A stretch of 24,916 nt of DNA from Nitrospirota bacterium (GTDB lineage Bacteria; NPL-UPA2; JAGMAN01): the NCBI GenBank assembly GCA_030605915.1, contig JAUWHM010000129.1:1-24916 (forward strand), in the 5' to 3' direction. Position 1 is the first letter of the stretch. Every line of letters starts with the position of its first letter. Below the pieces are notes generated by a model. It searched no databases and had not been told where the DNA came from. It was given only the letters and a program-made list of their open reading frames with translations. Made by a program: the position numbers and the translations under genes. Below, one piece after another: positions 7,992 to 16,747 of the stretch.

Positions 7992-8767
7992 TTGAAGTTA
8001 AAGGACTTTACTTTAGCTATAAGCGAAAAGAGGTCTTATCCAGCATAGATATCAAGGTCCAAGATGGAGAGATTGTTTCAATCATTGGGCCAAACGGCTC
8101 GGGCAAGACCACACTTTTGCGATGTATCAATAAAATCTTAAAGCTCAAAAAAGGCGAGATTCTTATCGGTGGGCAGGGCTTAGAGCACATTAGTTTGCGC
8201 AAGCTCTCTACACTTCTTGGTTATGTTCCGCAAAGAGAGACAACGTCTTTTCCTTTCACAGTTTTTGAGATCGTTCTTATGGGCAGAAGGCCATATATCA
8301 CCTGGGGGGTTACAGAGTACGATATAGAGGTAGTTTATGAAACACTTCGTATGCTTGATTTGGACAGTTTTTCAAACAGGTTCTTTGATGAATTGAGCGG
8401 CGGCGAAAGGCAAAGAGTTTTGATAGCCAGGGCATTTGCTCAACAGCCGAAGGCGCTTTTGCTTGATGAGCCAACCAACAGTCTGGATTTAAAGCATCAA
8501 CTTGAGGTCTTTGATATTATCAGGGATATCGGAAAGAAAAAAGGAGTTTCTATTATATACGCTATTCACGACCTACATTTAGCGGCTCGGTTTTCAGAAA
8601 GGGTAATTATGCTTAAAAATGGAAGGATTTTTGCCGATGGGGCACCTGAGTCTGTAATTACTGCGGGAAATATCAGGGATGTCTATGGGGTTGAGGCCTA
8701 TACAGATAGTAACGGCGGAAGTTTCCATATTGTTCCCCTGCGGGCGTTAAAAAAGGAGGAAAGATAA
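7988..8767 (+). CDS. FecE/BtuD-family ABC ATPase
   Basis: GPNGSGKTT, LSGGERQRV, LLDEPTNSLD, AIHDL. Start reassigned to GTG 7988 (overlaps the permease TGA); the track start at 7838 lies inside the permease. Confidence 0.93.
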   Translation: MIEVKGLYFSYKRKEVLSSIDIKVQDGEIVSIIGPNGSGKTTLLRCINKILKLKKGEILIGGQGLEHISLRKLSTLLGYVPQRETTSFPFTVFEIVLMGRRPYITWGVTEYDIEVVYETLRMLDLDSFSNRFFDELSGGERQRVLIARAFAQQPKALLLDEPTNSLDLKHQLEVFDIIRDIGKKKGVSIIYAIHDLHLAARFSERVIMLKNGRIFADGAPESVITAGNIRDVYGVEAYTDSNGGSFHIVPLRALKKEER

Positions 8768-8769
8768 CC

Positions 8770-11700
8770 GTGAAGTTAGGAAGCATAATGTGGAGGAGCT
8801 ATTTGCCAATGCTTGTGCAGGCAAGCAAGAATCTGGATTTCCTTGAACTGAAGGCCTATTCTTCAATGGCCTTGAGTGAATCTCCAGAGAAGTTGGATGA
8901 GGTGCTGGAGACGCTGATTCAATGCGATGCTATACTTCTTTATCGCTCAAGTGAGGAGTTCTGGGAAGTGATGGAAAAGAGACTTAGAGATATAGGCAAA
9001 AACGTTCCAATAGTTTGCGTTGGTTATGACCCATCTTACTGGATGCTTTCCACCGTAAGGCCAGAAATAGTGGCAACCGTTAACTCATATATTACCATTA
9101 ATGGTGAGGAGAACTTCACCAATATGCTGCGTTATCTCGGCAAGGAGGTTTGTGGGCTTGAGATGGAGGTAGAAGGACCAAAACCGGTGCCCTGGGAAGG
9201 ATTGTATCATCCAAAGGCAGATGCTATATTTTCCACTGTAGATAAATATCTGGCCTGGTATAAGCCAAAGAATGCACCGACAGTGGGCATTCTCTTTTCC
9301 AGACATTCCTGGGTGAACGATAACTTAGAGGTTGAGGATGCCCTGATTGGAGAATTAGAGAAACTTGGGTTAAATGTTATTCCCGCCTTTTCTTATTCAC
9401 TTAAGGATGAGGAAAGAGGCTGTAAGGGAAGCGGAGAGGTGGTTTGTGAAAATTTCTTGAAAAAAGACGGCACTCCAAGAATAGATACCCTTATAAAGAT
9501 GCAGTTCTTTTTCCTGGGAAGCGACCGAAAGAAGGGATATGAAGGTAACGAGGTTGCGGGGCAGGGAGTCCAGATCCTAAAGCGGCTTAATGTGCCTGTC
9601 CTTTGTCCTTTTAGTTCTTCTTATAAGACAGTGGAGGAATGGAGAGATGACTCTCAGGGTCTAAATAGCAGGTTGATTGGTTTCTCAATTGCTATGCCAG
9701 AATTTGAAGGTGTGATTGAACCATTTATTATTGGTGGGGCAAGTAGCGAGGATGAGGGTTTGGCTCGCAAGGTCCCAATTGAGGAGAGGTGTCAAAAGTT
9801 TGCCCGTCGAATTGCCAACTGGATTCGGCTTGGAAAGAAGCCGGTGAAAGAGAGAAAGGTTGCCTTTATCTTGCATAATAACCCCTGCGCCTCAGTTGAA
9901 GCTACGGTAGGAGGTGGAGCCGGGCTGGATACTCTGGAGAGCGTTGCCCGGATTATGCACCGGGTGAAAGAAGCCGGATATAGTGTTGGACCACCGGCAG
10001 ACGGCAAGGAATTGATAGATACTATTATGGAACGCAAGGCCATCAGCGAATTTCGTTGGACAACGGTTGATGAGATTGTCAAGAAGGGTGGCGTTCTGGC
10101 CCAGGTGAGCAAGGAGGAGTATGAAGAGTGGTTTAAGGGACTATCACCGAAGGTCAAAAAACGGATGTGCGATGCCTGGGGCGAACCGCCGGGGCAGGAG
10201 ATGGATGGTGTGTCTGCGGCTATGGTTTATAATGGCAAAATTCTAATTACAGGTGTTCAATACGGCAATGCAGTGGTCTGTGTCCAACCCAAACGCGGCT
10301 GTGCCGGGCCAAGATGCGACGGTCGTGTTTGTAAGATACTGCACGACCCTGATATTCCGCCGCCTCATCAATATATGGCTACCTACCGGTATTTAGAGCG
10401 TGATTTTGGGGTGGATGTTATTGTTCATGTTGGTACTCATGGCAACCTTGAGTTTTTGCCTGGAAAAGGGGTCGGCCTTTCAGATTGTTGTTATCCAGAT
10501 ATTGCTATTGGCGATATTCCACATTTATATATCTACAATGCTGATAATCCGCCTGAAGGCACAATTGCCAAAAGAAGGAGTTATGCTACTCTGGTTGACC
10601 ATATGCAGACGGTGATGATACAGGGTGGGCTTTATGAAGAGTTGGAAGAGTTAGATAGATTTTTAGGAGAATATGAACAGGTGAAAAATTTAGACCGTTC
10701 AAGAGCTCATGCCTTAGAACATTTGATTATGGAAGCAATAAAGAGGACAGATTTGGATAAGGAAATCAAGCTTGCCGGTGATATGCCCTTTGATGAAATC
10801 ACAAGGCGTGCACACGGGGCCTTATCCAGGACGAGAAATACCCAGATTCAGGATGGATTGCATATCTTTGGCCAATTACCGGAAGGAGAAAAAAGGGTTG
10901 ATTTTGTCAATTCCATCCTCAGGTATGATGCTGGCAACGACATTTCATTACGAAAAACAGTAGCCTCAATGATGGGTATGGATTTGACGGAAATGTTGGC
11001 TGACGGAGGCAAGGTTTGTCCACATCATAAAAGAAGTTATGGTGAGTTACTTGAAGAGGTCAACGGGATTTGCAAGGCATTTATTAGAGAATTCCTGAAT
11101 GGCAATGGTAGAGAAATAAAGAAGATAGCCTGCCAGATGTTAGGCAGTCGTTTGAAAAGGGACGGATTTGTAAAGGAGCTTTTAGAAGTGAGGGAGCGTG
11201 TACTTGAGCTTGTCAGACGAATAGATGAGTCAAGGGAGATAGAATCTTTACTGCAGGGTTTTGATGCTGGCTATATTCCACCCGGCCCTTCGGGCTTAAT
11301 TACGCGGGGAAGAGACGATGTTTTGCCCACAGGAAGAAATTTCTATTCACTCGATCCTTATAGGATACCAACTAAGGCGGCTTGGAACGTAGGACAGAAA
11401 TTGGCTCAAGGCATAATTGAAAAACACCTCAAGGAAGAAGGAAGATATCCTGAAAATGTAGCTATCTACTGGATGGCCGGGGATATTATGTACGCTGACG
11501 GTGAAGGCATGGCGCAGATTATGCACCTTCTTGGAGTTAAACCGGTCTGGCAATCCAATGGTCGTGTAAAGGGGTTTGAAGTTATGCCACTGGAAGAACT
11601 TGACCGGCCAAGGATTGACGTGACTATTCGTGTCTCTGGCATCAGCAGGGATAATTTCCCCAATTGTATTGAGCTTGTTGACGAAGCTATACAGGCGGTA

Positions 11701-12663
11701 GCTTCGTTAAGTGAACCAGAACAGATGAATTTTGTAAGAAAACATGCCCTGGTTCAACTCGCTGAGGTGGGAGAGACACAGAACAATACAGCGAAAGCAG
11801 TACTGCTTCACCGTAAAGAAGCCTGGCGAAATGCTACCTTGCGGGTTTTTGCATCAAAACCGGGCACTTATCAGGCAGGTACTCAATTAGCGGTTTATGC
11901 CTCAGCCTGGAAAGAGGAGAAGGACCTTTCAGACGTGTTTGTCTTTTGGAACGGATATGCCTACGGGAAAGGGATATTTGGCCAGGAGCGGCATAAACAA
12001 CTCGCCGATAATTTAAAAACTGTGGATGTAACTTACAATAAGGTTGTTACTGACGAAAAGGATATGTTTGGTTGCTGCTGTTATTTTGGCACGCACGGTG
12101 GTATGACCGCTGCTGCCAGGTGTATCTCTGGTAAAGAGGTAAAAACTTATTACGGCGACACGCGTGAACCGGAGCATGTTGAGACCAGGGATATGGCTGA
12201 TGAAATCAGGCGTGTGGTTCGCACCAAACTTCTCAACCCCAGGTGGATCGAGGGGATGAAAAGGCATGGATATAAAGGCGCTTCTGATATATCCAAGAGA
12301 GTAGGCAGGGTCTATGGCTGGGAGGCAACCACACAGGAAGTAGATGATTGGATATTCGATGATATTGTTAGAACTTTTGTTTTGGATGAAAAAATGCGTA
12401 AATTTTTCCAGGAAAACAACCCCTGGGCATTAGAGGAGATTGGCAGGAGATTGTTAGAGGCACATCAGAGGGAGCTTTGGGATGCCGACCCAGAAGTTCT
12501 GGAAGGATTGAAAAATGCCTATCTTGAGATTGAAAGCTGGCTTGAAGAAAAGATGGGGGATGTGCAGGGTGATTTTCAAGGCGGCTCAATAGACATTTTA
12601 ACTGCCGAAGATGTTGAAGATTGGGGCAAGAAGATGGAGGAGATAAAGAAGAAATTACATTAA
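8770..12663 (+). CDS. cobN: CobN/ChlH-family class I chelatase large subunit (CobN-like)
   Basis: HVGTHGNLEFLPGK, AKRRSYATLVDH, LPTGRNFYS, DVTIRVSGISRD, RTKLLNPRWIEGMKRHGYKGA; GTG start after AAGGAGGA. Metal and direction of reaction unknown. Confidence 0.9.
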   Translation: MKLGSIMWRSYLPMLVQASKNLDFLELKAYSSMALSESPEKLDEVLETLIQCDAILLYRSSEEFWEVMEKRLRDIGKNVPIVCVGYDPSYWMLSTVRPEIVATVNSYITINGEENFTNMLRYLGKEVCGLEMEVEGPKPVPWEGLYHPKADAIFSTVDKYLAWYKPKNAPTVGILFSRHSWVNDNLEVEDALIGELEKLGLNVIPAFSYSLKDEERGCKGSGEVVCENFLKKDGTPRIDTLIKMQFFFLGSDRKKGYEGNEVAGQGVQILKRLNVPVLCPFSSSYKTVEEWRDDSQGLNSRLIGFSIAMPEFEGVIEPFIIGGASSEDEGLARKVPIEERCQKFARRIANWIRLGKKPVKERKVAFILHNNPCASVEATVGGGAGLDTLESVARIMHRVKEAGYSVGPPADGKELIDTIMERKAISEFRWTTVDEIVKKGGVLAQVSKEEYEEWFKGLSPKVKKRMCDAWGEPPGQEMDGVSAAMVYNGKILITGVQYGNAVVCVQPKRGCAGPRCDGRVCKILHDPDIPPPHQYMATYRYLERDFGVDVIVHVGTHGNLEFLPGKGVGLSDCCYPDIAIGDIPHLYIYNADNPPEGTIAKRRSYATLVDHMQTVMIQGGLYEELEELDRFLGEYEQVKNLDRSRAHALEHLIMEAIKRTDLDKEIKLAGDMPFDEITRRAHGALSRTRNTQIQDGLHIFGQLPEGEKRVDFVNSILRYDAGNDISLRKTVASMMGMDLTEMLADGGKVCPHHKRSYGELLEEVNGICKAFIREFLNGNGREIKKIACQMLGSRLKRDGFVKELLEVRERVLELVRRIDESREIESLLQGFDAGYIPPGPSGLITRGRDDVLPTGRNFYSLDPYRIPTKAAWNVGQKLAQGIIEKHLKEEGRYPENVAIYWMAGDIMYADGEGMAQIMHLLGVKPVWQSNGRVKGFEVMPLEELDRPRIDVTIRVSGISRDNFPNCIELVDEAIQAVASLSEPEQMNFVRKHALVQLAEVGETQNNTAKAVLLHRKEAWRNATLRVFASKPGTYQAGTQLAVYASAWKEEKDLSDVFVFWNGYAYGKGIFGQERHKQLADNLKTVDVTYNKVVTDEKDMFGCCCYFGTHGGMTAAARCISGKEVKTYYGDTREPEHVETRDMADEIRRVVRTKLLNPRWIEGMKRHGYKGASDISKRVGRVYGWEATTQEVDDWIFDDIVRTFVLDEKMRKFFQENNPWALEEIGRRLLEAHQRELWDADPEVLEGLKNAYLEIESWLEEKMGDVQGDFQGGSIDILTAEDVEDWGKKMEEIKKKLH
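11788..11814. repeat. Small palindrome within cobN
   Basis: Perfect 14-bp palindrome AAGCAGTACTGCTT (11795-11808) with imperfect ACAGCG/CACCGT flanks; in frame as TAKAVLLHR. Confidence 0.5.
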
Positions 12664-12695
12664 GGAACCGCACAGCAAGAATGGAGGAAAGTTAA

Positions 12696-14771
12696 ATGAC
12701 CTGTAGAAGAACAGTATTTCCGTTTACTGCTATTGTTGGTCAGGAGAGGATGAAGAAGGCGCTTGTTTTGAATGCGGTTAATCCGAATTTGGGCGGGGTA
12801 TTAATTCGCGGTCAGAAAGGAACGGCCAAATCTACTGCCGCCAGGGCCCTGGCAAATCTTCTGCCCGAGATTGAGGTGGTTAAAGATTGCCCATTTAATT
12901 GTAATCCCTATCAAAAAGATGAGATGTGCGCTGAATGTATGAAGCGCCGGGAGGCAAGGGAAGAGTTCCCGATAATAAAAAGAAAGATGCACGTAGTAGA
13001 TTTACCCTTAGGTGCTACTGAAGATAGAGTTGTAGGCACGTTAGACATAGAACATGCTATAAAAAAAGGGGAAAAAATCTTTGAGCCAGGAATTTTGGCT
13101 TCTGCACACCGGGGAATTCTTTATGTAGATGAGGTTAACCTTCTTGACGATCACCTGGTGGATGTGCTTTTAGATTCTGCGGCGATGGGCAGGAATTATG
13201 TGGAAAGAGAAGGGGTCTCCTTTACTCACCCGGCGCGTTTTATCCTTGTTGGTACAATGAACCCTGAGGAAGGAGAACTCAGGCCGCAGTTATTAGATAG
13301 ATTCGGCTTATGTGTAGAGGTGGAAGGTATTGCCGATTCTCAGGCACGGGTTGAAGTAGTGCAAAGATGTATCCAATTTGAGAAAGACCCGCATAGCTTT
13401 GAAAAACAGTGGGAAGAAGAAGAAAAAAAACTCTGTCAGCTGATAGTTCAAGCTAAAGCAATATTTCCCAAAGTTACTTATGAGAAAGAGATTTTAAGTC
13501 TTATTGCTCATATTGCTGTAGAAATGGGTGTACATGGCCACCGGGCTGATATATCTATGTTAAAAGTAGCCCAGACCATTGCTGCATATCATCAGAGGAC
13601 CCAGGTTACCGAAGACGATGTAAGGGAAGCAGCAGAACTTGTACTCTCTCACAGAATGAGGCGTAAACCTTTCCAGGAACCAAAGGTAGATAAGGAGAAA
13701 TTAGAGGAATCCATACAGAAATACAAGAAACAGAAGTCAGAAGCCGGAAATCAGAAGTCGGAGAAGAGGGAGCAGAGAACAGACAATAGAGAGCAGAATC
13801 ATCAACAGGATGCCAAACCAAACAGTCAATCAGAGATAACGTTTCAGGCTGGAGACCCTTATCCTGTAAAGAAGATATCCCTTCCTAAAGAGAAAGAAGT
13901 AAAGGCAGGTTCAGGCAGGAGAAGTAAAGCTAAAAGCGAGACAAAATCTGGCCGTTATGTAGGAAGCAAAATCCCCGAGTACCAGAGCATCAGAGTATAC
14001 CCTAATACCCTAATACCCTTATACCCTTACGGGCACAAGCGGGCACAGGCGGGCACAGGTGGGCACAGGCCGGAGCACCAGTTCAGTGACATTGCCTTTG
14101 ACGCAACATTACGAGCCTCTGCTCCATATCAGATACATAGAAATCATAGGGAGGCAGCTGTAGCTATACAACCCCAGGATATTCGCCAGAAAGTCAGAGA
14201 GAAAAAGATAGGCAACACTATTATGTTTGTAGTTGACTCCTCTGGCTCAATGGGAGCAAATAAGAGAATGGCAGAGACAAAAGGGGCAATGCTTTCTCTG
14301 ATTGTTGATGCTTATCAAAAAAGAGATAAAGTGGGTTTAATAGCCTTTAAAGGAGACAAGGCGGAGGTTCTCCTTTCTCCTACATCCAGCGTGGAACTGG
14401 CGAAGAAACAATTGGAAGAGCTCCCTACAGGAGGAAAGACTCCTTTATCAAAAGGATTGTTAAAAGGTTTTGAGGTGCTGCATAATGAATTAAATAAAAA
14501 TAAGAAAATTAAACCCTTGCTTGTGATTATTTCGGACGGAAAAGCGAATGTAAGCATTAATGGAAATTCCAATCCTTTTAATGAGGCAAAACAAATAGCT
14601 GAGGACATAAAAGGCTCAGGAATAAAATCAGTAGTTATAGACACAGAAACAGGGTTTGTCCGCTTGGGAAGATTGCAGGAACTTTCAGAAGCCTTAGGTG
14701 GAAGGTATTATGCTTTAGAAGATATAAAAGCCGAGGCTATTTCGAATCTGGTGAAAGAATCCATAGGGTAA
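12696..14771 (+). CDS. ChlI/ChlD-type chelatase ATPase subunit (N-terminal AAA+, C-terminal vWA)
   Basis: [68 protein letters not shown] motif [17 protein letters not shown]. Confidence 0.92.
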   Translation: MTCRRTVFPFTAIVGQERMKKALVLNAVNPNLGGVLIRGQKGTAKSTAARALANLLPEIEVVKDCPFNCNPYQKDEMCAECMKRREAREEFPIIKRKMHVVDLPLGATEDRVVGTLDIEHAIKKGEKIFEPGILASAHRGILYVDEVNLLDDHLVDVLLDSAAMGRNYVEREGVSFTHPARFILVGTMNPEEGELRPQLLDRFGLCVEVEGIADSQARVEVVQRCIQFEKDPHSFEKQWEEEEKKLCQLIVQAKAIFPKVTYEKEILSLIAHIAVEMGVHGHRADISMLKVAQTIAAYHQRTQVTEDDVREAAELVLSHRMRRKPFQEPKVDKEKLEESIQKYKKQKSEAGNQKSEKREQRTDNREQNHQQDAKPNSQSEITFQAGDPYPVKKISLPKEKEVKAGSGRRSKAKSETKSGRYVGSKIPEYQSIRVYPNTLIPLYPYGHKRAQAGTGGHRPEHQFSDIAFDATLRASAPYQIHRNHREAAVAIQPQDIRQKVREKKIGNTIMFVVDSSGSMGANKRMAETKGAMLSLIVDAYQKRDKVGLIAFKGDKAEVLLSPTSSVELAKKQLEELPTGGKTPLSKGLLKGFEVLHNELNKNKKIKPLLVIISDGKANVSINGNSNPFNEAKQIAEDIKGSGIKSVVIDTETGFVRLGRLQELSEALGGRYYALEDIKAEAISNLVKESIG
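13731..13800 (+). repeat. Ten in-register degenerate heptamers (CAGAAGT / CAGAGAA type) in the chelatase linker
   Basis: CAGAAGT CAGAAGC CGGAAAT CAGAAGT CGGAGAA GAGGGAG CAGAGAA CAGACAA TAGAGAG CAGAATC. Confidence 0.75.
13977..14081 (+). repeat. Composite tandem repeat: 4x ATACCCTW plus 4x YGGGCACARG, bounded by GAGTACCAG/GAGCACCAG
   Basis: 8-mers at 13997-14028, 10-mers at 14030-14069; related copy at 15876-15944. Confidence 0.8.
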
Positions 14772-14790
14772 ATTTACGGAGGAAGATAAA

Positions 14791-15432
14791 ATGCTTGAAT
14801 TTTTCCTAAAAGGTGGTCCTTTAATGTGGCCGATTTTGTTGTGTTCGGTAATATCTATCACCATTATTTTAGAGCGCCTTTACCATTTCTATCGGGCAAG
14901 GACAAAAATTCCCAATATTTTCGCAAGAGTGAAGAGACTTTTGCAAGAAGGCAAAGCTGACGGGGCATTGAAATTATGTGAAAGCACCTCCGGTCCAATT
15001 GCTCATATCTTAGCCATAGGAATTCACATTCGCAAGAGAAGTTTAGAAGAAAAAGAGAAGATAATTACTCGTGCTGGCTCAAGAGCAGTTCGGGAATTAG
15101 ATAAAAATTTGCGCGGATTAGCGATTATTGGCAATATAACTCCGCTATTAGGCTTATTGGGAACGGTAACGGGTATGATTAAAGCCTTTATGAAGATTCA
15201 AGAATTGGGCGGGAGAGTAGATGCAAGTGTCTTGGCTGGCGGTATCTGGGAAGCACTTATCACTACCGCCGCCGGTTTATCAGTAGCTATCCCAACCATA
15301 ATTTTCTACCATTATTTCGAAGGTCGAGTCGATAATGTAGCCTCTCAGATGAAGGATGTAGCATCGGAACTTTTAGAGATAGAACATATATCAGCTACAA
15401 GCAGGAAAGAAAATGAGAACTATGAAATTTGA
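14791..15432 (+). CDS. exbB: ExbB (MotA/TolQ/ExbB proton channel)
   Basis: GGPLMWPI, TPLLGLLGTVTGMIKAF, AGGIWEALITTAAGLSVAIP; context with exbD and tonB. Confidence 0.92.
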   Translation: MLEFFLKGGPLMWPILLCSVISITIILERLYHFYRARTKIPNIFARVKRLLQEGKADGALKLCESTSGPIAHILAIGIHIRKRSLEEKEKIITRAGSRAVRELDKNLRGLAIIGNITPLLGLLGTVTGMIKAFMKIQELGGRVDASVLAGGIWEALITTAAGLSVAIPTIIFYHYFEGRVDNVASQMKDVASELLEIEHISATSRKENENYEI

Positions 15433-15433
15433 G

Positions 15434-15466
15434 AACCACAGACTACACACATTAAAATCACAGATT
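15434..15466 (+). repeat. Degenerate CACAGATT-type short repeat between exbB and exbD
   Basis: aacCACAGACTaCACACATTaaaatCACAGATT (three related 8-mers). Confidence 0.4.
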
Positions 15467-15479
15467 ATTATGGAGTGGT

Positions 15480-15896
15480 ATGGTGGAGTTTGACAGAAGG
15501 GAAAAAGTTCGCACACATTTAAATATTGCTCCTTTAATAGATGTCGTTTTCTTGCTCTTAATCTTCTTTATGCTCTCTTCACACTTTGTTACCCAGCCCG
15601 GGATAAAGATTACATTACCCACTGCTGTTACAGCAAAGTTACACTCAGAAGAAGATATCATTATCTCTATCACTAAAGATAATAATTTGTATCTAAACGA
15701 AGACCAGATTACTTTAGATAGCCTTCTGGATAAACTAAGGATAAAAGTAGGAGAGGCCAGGAAGAAGACTGTAATCATCAAGGCAGATGAGAAGATAGAT
15801 TTGGGCTTGGCGGTAAGGGTTATGGATATTGCCAGGCAGGCAGAAGCAGAAGGATTGGTAATTTCAACCAGAATAGAGTACCAGAACATACCCTAA
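15480..15896 (+). CDS. exbD: ExbD/TolR
   Basis: LNIAPLIDVVFLLLIFFML (conserved TM Asp), VIIKAD, VMDIARQA. Confidence 0.93.
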   Translation: MVEFDRREKVRTHLNIAPLIDVVFLLLIFFMLSSHFVTQPGIKITLPTAVTAKLHSEEDIIISITKDNNLYLNEDQITLDSLLDKLRIKVGEARKKTVIIKADEKIDLGLAVRVMDIARQAEAEGLVISTRIEYQNIP

Positions 15897-15944
15897 TGGG
15901 CACAGGCCGGGGCATACCCTAACGGGCACAGGCCAGAGCACCAG
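15876..15944 (+). repeat. Composite repeat: 2x 26-nt ATACCCTAAYGGGCACAGGCCRGRGC, bounded by GAGTACCAG/GAGCACCAG
   Basis: Units at 15888-15913 and 15914-15939; supplies the exbD stop codon (15894-15896). Confidence 0.8.
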
Positions 15945-15955
15945 TAAGGGAAGTC

Positions 15956-16570
15956 ATGTTTAATGATAGAATAATTAGAATTTCTTTTCTTGTTTCTCTA
16001 TCTGGACATTGTCTGCTTTTAGGTATGCCGGAGTTTAATATGAGTTCACTTCAACCTGAGAAACCAGAAGATATTACGGTTAGAATAGAAATAGAAAAGC
16101 CCCCACTTTTGCCTAAGATAGATGTTATGGGGGAAGAGAAGAAGTTAAAGGAGCTTATTAAAGAACAAGAACCCCTCGAACCAGAGCCTGAGACCGAAGT
16201 TCTGCCGGAAGAGGTGACAATAGAAAAACCAGAACCAGAGCCCCCTGAAGAAAAGGTTGAGGTAATAGAACCTGCCAAAGAGGCAATGTTACGCTATCAA
16301 GATATGGTTAAGAGAAAGATAGAGGAGATGAGGAGATATCCCCGGTGGGCAAAGGACAGAGAAATTGAGGGAGCAGTCCACCTCTCTTTTCGCGTTTTAG
16401 CAAATGGTCAGGCACAAGGAATTGAGGTAACAAAGTCCTCAGGATATATAATTCTTGACCAGGCTGCTACTGCCACCGTCCAAAGGGCTAATCCCTTTTC
16501 TCCTCTACCCAGGGAGATTACCACCCCCTATGTCTCCATGGAAGTTGCCATTATATTTAGCTTGCAGTAA
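15956..16570 (+). CDS. tonB: Energy transducer TonB
   Basis: N-terminal TM with SxxxH (SLSGH), Glu/Pro-rich linker, YPRWA...IEGAV, SSGY.ILDQAA. Confidence 0.92.
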   Translation: MFNDRIIRISFLVSLSGHCLLLGMPEFNMSSLQPEKPEDITVRIEIEKPPLLPKIDVMGEEKKLKELIKEQEPLEPEPETEVLPEEVTIEKPEPEPPEEKVEVIEPAKEAMLRYQDMVKRKIEEMRRYPRWAKDREIEGAVHLSFRVLANGQAQGIEVTKSSGYIILDQAATATVQRANPFSPLPREITTPYVSMEVAIIFSLQ

Positions 16571-16571
16571 A
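16530..16571 (+). repeat. Direct repeat copy 1 (tonB 3' end)
   Basis: 38/42 identical to 17395-17436. Confidence 0.9.
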
Positions 16572-16622
16572 CCGTTAGAGATGTCCATCAACGCAAAAAT
16601 TCGTCTTTTTCGCTCCAATACC

Positions 16623-16651
16623 TTGACAGAGCTACCCACACATGGTAAAAT
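16623..16651 (+). promoter_or_regulatory. Sigma70-type promoter, extended -10
   Basis: TTGACA-N17-TAAAAT, with TGG immediately before the -10. Confidence 0.65.
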
Positions 16652-16712
16652 TCAGGATGTGGATGGAGGACGAAGGGGCAAAAAGGCGTGGAAGAAATCT
16701 ATTAAAGAAAAA

Positions 16713-16741
16713 TTGTCAAACATGTTTATCTGGGCTACAAT
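16713..16741 (+). promoter_or_regulatory. Sigma70-type promoter directly upstream of the PIN gene
   Basis: TTGTCA-N17-TACAAT, ending 6 nt before ATG 16748. Confidence 0.6.
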
Positions 16742-16747
16742 ATAGTT

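Noticed and set aside
8770-14771. Chlorophyll Mg-chelatase or aerobic B12 biosynthesis cluster
   Set aside because: No bch/chl or cob/cbi pathway genes in the window; the context is transport.
13977-15944. CRISPR array
   Set aside because: Repeats are 7-26 nt tandem units without unique spacers; no cas genes.
16455-16745. 96-aa ORF spanning the tonB end
   Set aside because: Overlaps tonB out of frame and runs through two promoter motifs; no recognisable domain.
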